In this document: piece after piece, positions 54,700-64,000 of the stretch
Layout: the number at the start of each line of letters is the position of its first letter
Numbering within the stretch: position 1 is the stretch's first letter
Source of the DNA: Pelagomonas calceolata
Lineage: Eukaryota
Direction: 5' to 3'
Assembly (NCBI GenBank): GCA_918797485.1
Contig: CAKKNE010000005.1
Location: forward strand, 2,232,001-2,296,000
Length of the DNA: 64,000 bases
The notes under the pieces: generated by a model
Databases searched by the model: none
What the model saw: only the letters and a program-made list of their open reading frames with translations
Told to the model about the DNA's origin: nothing
Translations under genes and position numbers: made by a program

Positions 54700-57081
54700 A
54701 TGGCAAAGCCAGCACAGCCCGCGCTGCAGCGTGCAGCCAAGGCCGCAACCACGGCGGGCGAAGCGCATGCCTCATCCAACGCACCAAAAGAGAAACCGAC
54801 GGCAGGGGAACAGCGCTTCGAGGCCTACTACGCGCAACAGCATCTCGTGCCAGCGCCAGAATTCGCGAAACTGCTCGAGGCGCTGCGCAAGCCACTACCC
54901 ATCACGTTCCGCATCTTCGACGCGACGCGCGACGGCACGTGCGCGCGACTCGAAGCCGAGGCGCGAGCACTGGGCGCCACGCGACTTCAGGCGAAAGGCG
55001 CGTGGACATTCGCCGGCGAAGCGAGGAGGGAGCTGCGGGCGCAGGGAGATAAGACGCGAGACGGCGCTCTCAGGGACTTCCTGGTACGGGGCGACCGCTT
55101 CCGCTGCCTAAGACGGCAGGAGGAGGTGTCCATGGCGTCCGTGGAGGCCTTGGACCCGCGACCAAATGACGTTGTGTTAGATTGCTGCGCGGCGCCCGGG
55201 TCCAAGACGACGCAATTAGTAGAACGCTGCGAGGGCGGGTGCGTCGTCGCCGTCGAGTACGACGCGAAGCGAGCACGAGCTTTGGTCGCGCGCTCGCTGC
55301 ACGTCTGCGGCGGCGACCGCGCGGCGCGGCTCGTCGTCTGCAAGGGCGACGCGACCAAACTGCCGTCGTCGCAACGTTTTGATCGGGTCCTCTGCGACGT
55401 GCCGTGCTCGGGCGACGGCGCGCTGCGCAAGACCGGGATGCGAGCTTATCGTAGGTGGCGCTGCGCCGACGCGTTGGCTCTCCACGACCTCCAGCTCAGA
55501 ATTGCATTGAAGGGCGCTGATTTACTCAAGGTCGGCGGGCGCCTCGTCTACAGCACGTGTTCCCTCAACCCCGTCGAGAACGAGGCCGTCGTTTTTCGTT
55601 TGTTGGAGGCGCGGCCCGATTTGGCGCTCGTGGACCACGGCCTCGGAACGGCGTGGCGCGCGCGGCCCGGGCTGGCGACGTGGCGGTTGCTCGTCGACGA
55701 CCACCGCGGCGACGGCGTCGCCGTCGCCTCGGACGCCTACGCGCACCTCCGTCCGCCTTCCATGGATATTGGCCTCCGCCGATGCGCGCGGCTCTACCCG
55801 CACGACGGCGACCGTGGAGGGTTCTTCCTCGCGGTGTTCGTCAAAAAGACGTTTTCATTAACGACGCCGCGCCTGCGCCTGCGACCGTTCGCGGCCGCGG
55901 ACGCGGCGCGGCTCCCGGCTCTCTGCGGCGACCTCGAGGTGAGCCGGACGTGCATGCGCGTGCCGCACCCCTACGGTATCACGGAGGCCCGCTTCTTTCT
56001 GGATAAGGTGTGCGACGGCGGGGCTAGCTCCACGCAAGGGTTGACATTACGTGACAGGATTATTCAGATGAAGCGCGGCGCGGGCCCGAGCCTGACGCTG
56101 GCGGTCGTCAAGCGCGACGGCGACGAACTGATCGGCTGCGTTAGCCTCGACCGCGACAACTTTAACGAGACGCCGCGCATCGGCTACTGGCTCGGGCGCG
56201 CGTTCTGGCGCCGCGGCTACGCGACAGAGGCGGCCCGAGCTATCATCGCCCACGGCTTTGATGTCCTTAAGCTCGAGAATATTGAAGGGACGCACTTCCT
56301 GGAAAACCCGGCGAGCGGCGCCGTGCTACGGAAGCTCGGATTTGTTCCTGTGGAGGACGGGCCCTCGCCGCCGCAAGCGTGCGCCGCGCGCGGCGGGGTA
56401 GAGTTGCCGACGGCGACGCTCCGCCTGGCGCGTCCCCAATCGAGGCCGTCGACCGACGCGCACCCGCTCCGCCTCATTGACGAAGATGCCTGGAGGCGGT
56501 TGGTGTTGGAGTTGGACGTCAAAGCGGGACTCCCTTTCGGGAATGCGCTATTTGCGAGGTCGGGCGGCGGCGCGCGCGGCGCAGGCGCGTGGTTACTCGA
56601 TAGAACTGCGGCCATCGTCCTCAGCCGCCTCCTGGCCGCGGGCGTGGCCGTCGAGGGTGCCGGGGTCAAAATCGTCGAGAAACGCGGCGGTGGCGAGGCG
56701 GCGCGGCAGCTGGGCACCGACTTGTTCGACGGCCGGCTGACCTACGACGGCGCCGACGCGTTGCTGCGGCGCGGGGCGCTCGGCGCAAAACGCGTCGTCG
56801 ACGTCGACGCGACGGCGTGGCGCGTGCTGTTGAAAGGCGGACGCATTCCACTGCGCGACTTGCCCGCCGAAATGATGGAGATGAGTCCCGGCACGGCGGT
56901 CGCGCGCCACGGCGGGTCCTCGATTACCCTGTGGCGCGGCGCGGCCGACGCCGTCACCGTGATGGTTCGCGGAGATGATTTGGAGCGGCTCCGACGCGGC
57001 ATCCCTGCGGGCCGGTCGTACCTCCGCTACGCCGTTGCGGTCGCAGCCGTTGCGGCGATCGCGGTGATGCGCCGCCGTTAA
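54700..57081 (+). CDS. NSUN2/Trm4-like RNA m5C methyltransferase with an inserted RimJ/RimL-type GNAT domain
   Basis: FEAYY, RQEEVSM, DCCAAPGSKT, FDRVLCDVPCSGDG, VYSTCSLNPVENE; IGYWLGRAFWRRGYATEA...NPASGAVLRKLGF. Confidence 0.85.
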   Translation: MAKPAQPALQRAAKAATTAGEAHASSNAPKEKPTAGEQRFEAYYAQQHLVPAPEFAKLLEALRKPLPITFRIFDATRDGTCARLEAEARALGATRLQAKGAWTFAGEARRELRAQGDKTRDGALRDFLVRGDRFRCLRRQEEVSMASVEALDPRPNDVVLDCCAAPGSKTTQLVERCEGGCVVAVEYDAKRARALVARSLHVCGGDRAARLVVCKGDATKLPSSQRFDRVLCDVPCSGDGALRKTGMRAYRRWRCADALALHDLQLRIALKGADLLKVGGRLVYSTCSLNPVENEAVVFRLLEARPDLALVDHGLGTAWRARPGLATWRLLVDDHRGDGVAVASDAYAHLRPPSMDIGLRRCARLYPHDGDRGGFFLAVFVKKTFSLTTPRLRLRPFAAADAARLPALCGDLEVSRTCMRVPHPYGITEARFFLDKVCDGGASSTQGLTLRDRIIQMKRGAGPSLTLAVVKRDGDELIGCVSLDRDNFNETPRIGYWLGRAFWRRGYATEAARAIIAHGFDVLKLENIEGTHFLENPASGAVLRKLGFVPVEDGPSPPQACAARGGVELPTATLRLARPQSRPSTDAHPLRLIDEDAWRRLVLELDVKAGLPFGNALFARSGGGARGAGAWLLDRTAAIVLSRLLAAGVAVEGAGVKIVEKRGGGEAARQLGTDLFDGRLTYDGADALLRRGALGAKRVVDVDATAWRVLLKGGRIPLRDLPAEMMEMSPGTAVARHGGSSITLWRGAADAVTVMVRGDDLERLRRGIPAGRSYLRYAVAVAAVAAIAVMRRR

Positions 57082-57104
57082 GTGTGTGTGTAACATGTAA
57101 GAAC

Positions 57105-58862
57105 TTAATAAACTTCCGCGTGGTAGCGGCCCTCCTTCTTGAGCGCCTTCGTGTCGATGAACTCGTCGAGCGCCGCCGCGCACGGCTTCAGCATCCCTCG
57201 CAACCCCGAAACGTACGTGTGGCCGCCGCGGTCCATGATCTCCTTGGCAATCAGGGACAGGCCCTTGATCTTGTCCGGGAGCGTCGTCTCCGAGCCGTCG
57301 TCGACGCGCGCGCCGCCCAACGCCAACTCGAGGCGGAACCGCCCGGGACCCAATCGCTCCTGCGCCTGCTCAAATTCTTCGACGTAGGGGATGGCCTCGC
57401 GCGTCGCGCCGCCGAGGATGACGACGATGGGTCCTCGGCCAGCCGTCGGCGCCGCGTTCGCGGGGTAGAGTCGCCGCAAGAACCCGCGGAACGTCGCGGC
57501 GCCCGTCGAGGTGCCGATCAAGACCAGGCCAGCCTTAGGGTCCGCGGGAAGGACCATCGACTTGCCCATCGGTCCTTCCAGATGTAATTGCGAGCCCTTG
57601 GGAATAGTATGCAAAAAGTTCGAGGTCACGCCGACTTCGCGAACGCACAGCGCGAGTTGGGACCCCCGCTCGGAGGCGACCGTGTAGAGCCGGCGCTTCT
57701 TGTGCGGGTTGCCTTTTTCGTCATTGCCCGGCGGGAGCACAGAGACGCACTGGCCCTCCACAAACGGTAAGGACGTCTCGAGCTCGACGTGCGCGATCGG
57801 CGCGGAGCCCTCGGGCGTATCCTTGACAATCACCTCGACGGACCGCACCGTCGCGAGGGCGCCGCCGTCGAGCTTCGCGGGCGGCTCGCCGTCGTCCTGA
57901 ACGGCTTCCACCGGCGCGGCGGCGGGCACGACTAACACGCCGCCCTCGAGCTCTTGAATCTTCCGCAAGGCGCGCTGCAGCCGCGAATGTTGGACCATCA
58001 GTAATTGCACGAGGTTCTCGTTCGTGAGGATGTAGGGCTTCGCCGGGTCGGCTCCTACATCTGGCAGTAATCCGCGCACGGCGTCGACGACGGCCGGCTC
58101 GGGCGCGGCGCCGACCGCCGCGGCCGCGGGTGCCGGCGCCGATGCCGGCGCCGGCGCCGGGGCCGGCGCGGGTGCCGGCGCGGCGGCGGCGGGCGCGGGT
58201 GCTGGGGCCGCCGTGGCGTCGCCGCCGAAGAAGCCCTCGCCCGCCAAAATGTCGAGCCACTCCGACAGGCGCGCCTCGGTCTTGTCGCCCTCGTTGACCT
58301 GATCTAAGGGACAGCCGCAGAATTTATCCCCTCGCAGCGCTTTCGAGTCCTCGTGGCCGTAGCCCGACGCCGGCATGTAGCCGAAGCCCGTCTGCGCGTT
58401 CCGCGACGCGAAGACGCTCTCCAGCTCGTCAATCGCGTCGCAGAAGTTGCCGCCGTACCCGACGGAGTCGCCGCAGCCGAAGACGGCCACTTTTTTGCCC
58501 GCGAAGTCCAATGAAGGTAAACCATCATCTTCATAGTACAAATCGTCCCAGTCCGTGCCCGACCGCTCGGTATCCGCGCCCGTGTTCCACGTCGGGCAGC
58601 CCACCAGCAGCAGTTCGTGGTCCATCAAATCTTCGACTCCGTCGATCTCGTCCACGGGAAAGGAGGTTTCGCCGGCGATGCCGTCGAACTTGGCATTCAG
58701 TAATTCTACAAGTAAATCCGCCGCGGCCTCCGTGTTTTGGCCCTCGGTGCCGTAGTAAACGCCGACCTTCGACCCGTGCAAAATGGTGGACGGGCCGACC
58801 GCGCGCTGCGGCGGCGCGAAGGCATCGACGAGCGCCAGGACAACGAGCGCTGCGGCTCGCAT
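57105..58862 (-). CDS. Plastid-targeted flavodoxin / ferredoxin-NADP+ reductase-like fusion protein
   Basis: Signal peptide + DAFAP; YYGTEGQNT, GCPTWNTG, VAVFGCGDSVGYGGNFCDAI (flavodoxin); RLYTVAS, GVTSNFL, GPMG, YVSGLRGM, terminal EVY (FNR). Confidence 0.88.
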   Translation of the reverse strand: MRAAALVVLALVDAFAPPQRAVGPSTILHGSKVGVYYGTEGQNTEAAADLLVELLNAKFDGIAGETSFPVDEIDGVEDLMDHELLLVGCPTWNTGADTERSGTDWDDLYYEDDGLPSLDFAGKKVAVFGCGDSVGYGGNFCDAIDELESVFASRNAQTGFGYMPASGYGHEDSKALRGDKFCGCPLDQVNEGDKTEARLSEWLDILAGEGFFGGDATAAPAPAPAAAAPAPAPAPAPAPASAPAPAAAAVGAAPEPAVVDAVRGLLPDVGADPAKPYILTNENLVQLLMVQHSRLQRALRKIQELEGGVLVVPAAAPVEAVQDDGEPPAKLDGGALATVRSVEVIVKDTPEGSAPIAHVELETSLPFVEGQCVSVLPPGNDEKGNPHKKRRLYTVASERGSQLALCVREVGVTSNFLHTIPKGSQLHLEGPMGKSMVLPADPKAGLVLIGTSTGAATFRGFLRRLYPANAAPTAGRGPIVVILGGATREAIPYVEEFEQAQERLGPGRFRLELALGGARVDDGSETTLPDKIKGLSLIAKEIMDRGGHTYVSGLRGMLKPCAAALDEFIDTKALKKEGRYHAEVY

Positions 58863-59360
58863 GGTGACTGCTGGTGTAGCAGTTGCTGCAAACTTCAGCT
58901 ATGCCTTGCGTTGAGACGATTGGCCTCGGCACCCGTCACAGCCGTACAAATGGCGTGTCTCGGCGCAGTTATGGTGCTGCTCGTTGATCTATGCGCGAGC
59001 GGCGATGGCACACGTGCCGGAGATGATGGCTGCGAGAGGGGATGCGTTCGGCGGGCAGGGACCCGTTCTTACGCGAATTAGAGGCGTGTGCAAGTTGCTA
59101 CACTGCTCGCAGGCACAAAAGACAAAACGTGCGGGGTCTGGCGTCCACATCACCAAACAAAAGCTGGGTGGATTCTTCGCGACGCGCACGTTCAGGCAGC
59201 GTAGGCTGCTTACGAGTCGTACAAGTCGCCCTCTCCACGCTCGTGCAAAAAAAGCTGCATCAGACGCCATCGAGGCGAGTTTGCAGCACCTGTGACCCCA
59301 GCTCCCGGCTCCCCGACGCTACCGAGGCGAGTTTTGCAGCACCCACTTGCAGGAGGCATC

Positions 59361-60287
59361 GTGGCGCGCCCACTTGTCCTCCTCCTCGCCACCGCCCACA
59401 CCGCAGCCGCATTCCACGGCGCAACACCGACCGTCGCACGACCAGTCCACAATAGCTCCTGGTATACGATGGCCTGGGGCCGCAGCAAAGCGCCAAAGCC
59501 CGACGAGGCCACACTCATCAGTAGTCTGAAGGACGCCGTCAAGGACGAGCCCCAGGATTCCAGCTTTGTTGTAGATGACGCCTGCTGCAAGCGCTACCTC
59601 CGCGCACGCAACCACGACCTGACGAAGGCTACAAATATGCTGCGCGCTACTTTAAGATGGCGCGCGGCGTATGGTACGGCGAATATCGTAAGGGACAAAT
59701 TTCCCATCATCGAAAAGGAGGCGGCGACGGGCAAGACGTACGTCGCGCCGGGCCGCGATAAAGATGGAAGAGCGACGATCATCATGCGCTCCAAGCACGA
59801 GAACACGAATGACCACGACGGCAACGTGTTGCATTTAGTGTACCAGATGGAGCGCGCCGTGAAGGCTTGCGACGCGGAAGAAAAGTGGAACATCGTCATC
59901 GACTTTAATGGCTACGCGAAGAACACTCCGTTAAAAACGTCGAAGGCCGTCCTTTCGACGATGCAAGATCATTACCCGGAGCGGTTAAATAAGGCGTTTC
60001 TAGTGGACGCGCCGTGGCTGTTCCTGGGCGCGTTCAAGCTTATTTCTCCGTTCATTGATCCAGTCACCCGAAAGAAAATAGTCTTCGTCAAGGGCTCGGC
60101 CGAAAAAAGAGCTGCCGTGCTGTTGGAGCACTACGAGCTTGATCAGCTCGAAAAAGCCGTCGGCGGCGCGTCGGACTACGTCTACGACGCCGAGGCGTAT
60201 CTAGCCGACGATCGGGCGGCCTACGAGGCTGCTAAACCGGAGCGCGTGGCGTCGCTCGAGGAGGTGCCCGTCGTCGTCGCGGCGTGA
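59361..60287 (+). CDS. CRAL-TRIO/Sec14 lipid-binding protein (first ATG at 59469; upstream in-frame presequence)
   Basis: DDACCKRYLRAR...LRATLRWR; GRDKDGR; QDHYPERL; ISPFIDPVTRKKI. Confidence 0.88.
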   Translation: MARPLVLLLATAHTAAAFHGATPTVARPVHNSSWYTMAWGRSKAPKPDEATLISSLKDAVKDEPQDSSFVVDDACCKRYLRARNHDLTKATNMLRATLRWRAAYGTANIVRDKFPIIEKEAATGKTYVAPGRDKDGRATIIMRSKHENTNDHDGNVLHLVYQMERAVKACDAEEKWNIVIDFNGYAKNTPLKTSKAVLSTMQDHYPERLNKAFLVDAPWLFLGAFKLISPFIDPVTRKKIVFVKGSAEKRAAVLLEHYELDQLEKAVGGASDYVYDAEAYLADDRAAYEAAKPERVASLEEVPVVVAA

Positions 60288-60337
60288 TCTGTGTGCAGTG
60301 TTCTTAAGCTTTGTTGATATACTACAGTTGTACATAC

Positions 60338-61627
60338 TTACTCTACCCAAGGCTTGAACCACTTGCGCCTCTTCCCGCCGCGGCTCTTGATAAGTCGCAG
60401 GATCTCGTCGTGGGGGCCATCTTCGATTGGACAAGAGTCATCGTCGTCCGTCTCCCATACGAAGTCCGCGAGCTGAGGGCAGCCGCGGAATAGCCGCAAC
60501 ATGGCAGCGGATGTGAATTGGTGGTTCCCGTAGAAATAAAGCTTGCGGAGCGTCTGCGCGGTCGGAGTCTGCAAAATAGCTTCAATAGCGTCCGAACTTA
60601 AATTCTCCGTCGACGAGAGAACCAGCTCCTCCAGACGACAGCCCTCGCATATGAATCGCAGGCCCGCGTCGTCGATCTCGCTTCCCCATCCCGGATCAAA
60701 CGCCTTTATCGTGGGCCGCGCCTGCGCTAGATCGTGGTAGAACTCGGGCTCCGCAGAAAACACTTCACCATCCGGCAGGTACAATACCGTCATCGTTTTA
60801 AAGCCCCTAGCACACTGTAGGATCAGTTCAGGTGAAATCTCGGCGTAACCACGGACGACTAGCTTCCTCAGACGCCCTCGTATGGGCGACCGCAGAAGCA
60901 GATCCACCAGCGCTGGCGACACAATGCAGTCGGTAAGCCACACATGGTCCACATGTGCACATGTCCTCAAAGTCACTTCGATTTGGTCGTAACAAGTCGG
61001 TTCATAGCCTTCCGGGTCTTGCGCCCGGAATGAGAGACATTTAAGTCGGGGAAAATGCATCGCGTAGGTCTCGGCCGCGGATAGCAGATTGCTTCTAAGA
61101 CGTACATCTTCGAGCAGCGGGCACGCTCGACTCAACTCAGACGCGAAGTCCGCGAGGTTTGCCCCTTTTGTGGGACCATTAAGGCACGGCGCATCGCTCG
61201 ACGCATCAAAAACGCGTAGTTGTCGACATCCGCGACACATCTCCATGAGAACATCCCTAGAAAGAGTAGAACCAGAGAACTTGATGCGCAGTTCTCGCAG
61301 CTGTCCTCTTGTGTCGCTCACGACGAAATCCCGAATTGCAAGCATATGTTTTGAGCCGAACCCTAAATCTAAAGTTCGACAGCCGCTTCCAAAATAGCGA
61401 CCGAACGTCTGGATGGCCTGGGCGCTTGCGCCATCTCTGAATCCGATTACCTCGACCGCTTTATGCTCCCGGGCGGCTCGCTCAACCGCTTTTTTGCCCG
61501 CCTTGCACGCGCACCGCAGGGCGAGCAGGTCGGTTAGGTATGGGCGAACTGGGTGATATTTTTTCCCGACGTAAAGCGCGACGTGCGCCAGCACCTCAGG
61601 GGGCAACAAAGTTTGGAGTCCAGCCAT
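60338..61627 (-). CDS. F-box-like/RNI-type leucine-rich repeat protein
   Basis: LLPPEVLAHVA N-terminus; repeated CPLLEDV, CRQLRVF, IDDAGLRFICEGCRLEELVL. Confidence 0.75.
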   Translation of the reverse strand: MAGLQTLLPPEVLAHVALYVGKKYHPVRPYLTDLLALRCACKAGKKAVERAAREHKAVEVIGFRDGASAQAIQTFGRYFGSGCRTLDLGFGSKHMLAIRDFVVSDTRGQLRELRIKFSGSTLSRDVLMEMCRGCRQLRVFDASSDAPCLNGPTKGANLADFASELSRACPLLEDVRLRSNLLSAAETYAMHFPRLKCLSFRAQDPEGYEPTCYDQIEVTLRTCAHVDHVWLTDCIVSPALVDLLLRSPIRGRLRKLVVRGYAEISPELILQCARGFKTMTVLYLPDGEVFSAEPEFYHDLAQARPTIKAFDPGWGSEIDDAGLRFICEGCRLEELVLSSTENLSSDAIEAILQTPTAQTLRKLYFYGNHQFTSAAMLRLFRGCPQLADFVWETDDDDSCPIEDGPHDEILRLIKSRGGKRRKWFKPWVE

Positions 61628-61746
61628 CGCCGGGCCGAGCGCGCGAGCAGCGGTCGCAGCCGCAGCGCACGCAGACCGTTCTTAACGCCAATCAATGCGA
61701 CTGTGCGCGGGGGGTGCGCAAAAGTTGACCGGGCATTTTTAGATAG

Positions 61747-61766
61747 CTAGCGGCAGTAAGGCACTT
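61747..61766 (+). promoter_or_regulatory. Recurrent intergenic motif, copy 12 (partial)
   Basis: CTAGCGGCAGTAAGGCACTT, ~120 bp upstream of the LRR gene. Confidence 0.45.
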
Positions 61767-62656
61767 AAAAGCGGGGGCCCGGGGTCCCAGTGGCGTGAAT
61801 TGAGGGCGCTCGTTCGCGGCCCCTTGAAAACTTGTATGTACGAAAACCGGCGTACGGCCAGAGCATCCCCCGGACCCCAACATACCAGCTTTTTGGGCTG
61901 GAAAAGGGCGACGCCGGCGCGCAGTACAGTGTGAAAGGGCTGCCCTCTCCCCGACGGCTTTGGCTCCTTCCGCGGCGCGAGACGGTCTACCCGAGCGCGG
62001 GACCAAGCGTGGGGACCTACCGAACGATGTCGAACGGCCGGAGCGAACAATAAGGCCCGTTCGGCTGCGGCATCCGATGGCGCATTTCGGGGTGCGCCGA
62101 TGGGCTGGCGCGATGTCATCGAATCGCCGCGGCGAGCCCGTTGACGTGCGTGGGCCATCGCATCCGATCCTTATAGATGCTCCGTGGCCACAGTTTTGGT
62201 TCAATCGGCCCGGAAGGCACCATTTGGGCTCCACGAAGTCGGCCTCGACGTCACGTTCGGCCCACTGAATGTCGGCGTTGTGGAGGTTTTGAGCGGTCCG
62301 AACGGTTCGGACCCACCCATGGGTCAGCATGGAGGCCCCCAACGGCCGGACTACGCGCGGAGGCAATTTTTGTGAATTTTCTAGTATGTGATTTGTGCCT
62401 AACATCTGTCAAACCTCAAGATTTTTTCTCAAACTTTGTGTGAATTAAGATTAGGCATAGATACGTCCCATGACCGGTTTTCGTCCATATAATTTTCGAT
62501 GCGGCGCCGCTAGAGCCGGAGTTAAAACCCGGGACCCCCCTTACTTAAATCAACCGCCCCCGCTCCGGCTGCCATTGGAGCCATCCCGTGCACCCGTTGG
62601 CGCTGGCGGACGCCGCGCACGATCCTCAAAAACACAGCGAGCCGGCCCGCCTAGCC

Positions 62657-64000
62657 ATGCCCGGGGAGGACCGCCCCCTCTACCGCTGCTCCAAGGCCGG
62701 CGCGACGGTCCGGGAAGGCGTCGAGCTCTCGTCGACGAAGGTCGGACGACTAGCCGGAAAGAGTATAGTAGGCATCAGTGAAGAGCGCACTACCGAAGAT
62801 GGAGTAGCAAGAGCGCGACTCGACAGTCGAGCGGACGATTTGGAAGGGGGATGGGTCTCGAAGTGGGTCTTGAAACCCATGGACGAGGACAGTCAGCCGC
62901 CGCCGCCGCCGCCCATGGAAGATCCGGCGGGTCCTTGGTTGGAATTAGAAGACGGTGTGCTGGAAATTGATGGTCTGCGTTTTACGAGCGACTTCTGCTC
63001 TGGCAACTTACAGTGTGTCAGAAAAGGCCACGACGGCGTCCTCGAACTCGCAGCACGAAGGGACAACCAGGGCACGCCCTTTGAATCGCGGCATTGTGCC
63101 TGGTTGTATTTCCGTGTTGAGGACAAACGACGGAAAAAAGAAAGTGTTACTTTACGAGTGCGCAGCGCCTCGAGGCAAGCGGCGTTGTACCGAGCGGGCT
63201 ACCGACCCGTGGAAAGAGACGGGAGTTGTCGCAGAAGTGATGGTTCTGATTGGGCCTCGTTATCCGGAGACGCCGGCTGGAAAAGAATAGCGCAGCATTC
63301 ATTTAGATGGAACGAGTGCCCCGACGTCGTGCCGCCGGACACGCCGTCGAAGCGCAAGTCGCGCTACGCCCAGAAACGGAGCGACTTAGACACGCCGAAA
63401 GCTTTACTTGAATGGGACGCGGAATTTCCCCCTTCCGGTGTCTTGGAGTTCGCCTTCTGCTACCCGTATTCGTACGAGTCGGTCTGTGCTACGGTGGATG
63501 CGTTGGCGCGCGCGAATTTGGGTGATGACGTCTATTTAAGGAGGGAGACGCTGACGACGTCGCTGGAAGGGAGACCTGTGGAATTATTAACAATCACGGC
63601 CAACGACGACACGTATTTTGGCGACGAGCCCCTCGACTGGCGTACGCACCATGATACGTCAGAGAAGAGCTCGAGGGGAGGCCTCGCGTTCAACATTTCC
63701 AGTGAAGGCGGCGACGATTCGAGCGACGACGGCGAGGACTCGGGCCCCGAGGGCACGAACAAGCCGTCTCTTCCCAAACCTCCTCTCCTCACTCCACATC
63801 GGAAGGACACGGAGGTGCGTGCTTGCAGTAAGCGGGAGGTCGTCATCAGCGCGAGAGTGCACCCCGGAGAAACGCCGGCCCAATTTGTGATTGATGGGTT
63901 GCTAGCAGCTGTGCTAGCGGACGGTCCCGTCGGCCAAGCCTTAAGGGAGGCCTACGTGTGGCGCGTCGTGCCTTGTTTGAATCCCGACGGCGTCGCGCGG
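62657..64000 (+). CDS. Cytosolic carboxypeptidase (M14D, AGBL/CCP-like) with an N-terminal SH3-like domain; runs off the window end
   Basis: Manual translation: FTSDFCSGNL, WLYFRV, FAFCYPYSY, SARVHPGETPAQF, VPCLNPDGVAR. Absent from the ORF track because there is no stop in the window. Confidence 0.88.
   Translation, partial: MPGEDRPLYRCSKAGATVREGVELSSTKVGRLAGKSIVGISEERTTEDGVARARLDSRADDLEGGWVSKWVLKPMDEDSQPPPPPPMEDPAGPWLELEDGVLEIDGLRFTSDFCSGNLQCVRKGHDGVLELAARRDNQGTPFESRHCAWLYFRVEDKRRKKESVTLRVRSASRQAALYRAGYRPVERDGSCRRSDGSDWASLSGDAGWKRIAQHSFRWNECPDVVPPDTPSKRKSRYAQKRSDLDTPKALLEWDAEFPPSGVLEFAFCYPYSYESVCATVDALARANLGDDVYLRRETLTTSLEGRPVELLTITANDDTYFGDEPLDWRTHHDTSEKSSRGGLAFNISSEGGDDSSDDGEDSGPEGTNKPSLPKPPLLTPHRKDTEVRACSKREVVISARVHPGETPAQFVIDGLLAAVLADGPVGQALREAYVWRVVPCLNPDGVAR

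Overview
GC-rich, gene-dense eukaryotic DNA with very short intergenic gaps, few short GT-AG introns and stramenopile-type plastid presequences. It is most consistent with a pelagophyte alga (Pelagomonas/Aureococcus-like); this is an inference. About 38 protein-coding genes or gene fragments are present, including RAD17, COQ2, COA5, a monomeric-type IDH, an NSUN2-like methyltransferase, PRA1, a CAF16-like ABC ATPase, a Sec14 protein, an MFS transporter, a PatB-like lyase and a cytosolic carboxypeptidase. No rRNA, tRNA or CRISPR was seen. Most notable: (1) a ~22-bp motif, CTAGCGG-N-TGTAAGACACTAGC, present 12 times, essentially always intergenic and mostly just upstream of gene starts; (2) two introner-type miniature DNA transposons with TIRs and 8-bp TSDs that form cleanly spliceable introns, plus a shared core motif in most other introns; (3) unusual fusions: plastid flavodoxin-FNR, EF-hand-IDH, IRE1-like with a collapsed kinase and CCCH finger, NSUN2 with an inserted GNAT, and cold-shock/SAM/AlkB; (4) three damaged copies of a MYND-RINGv-TPR family.
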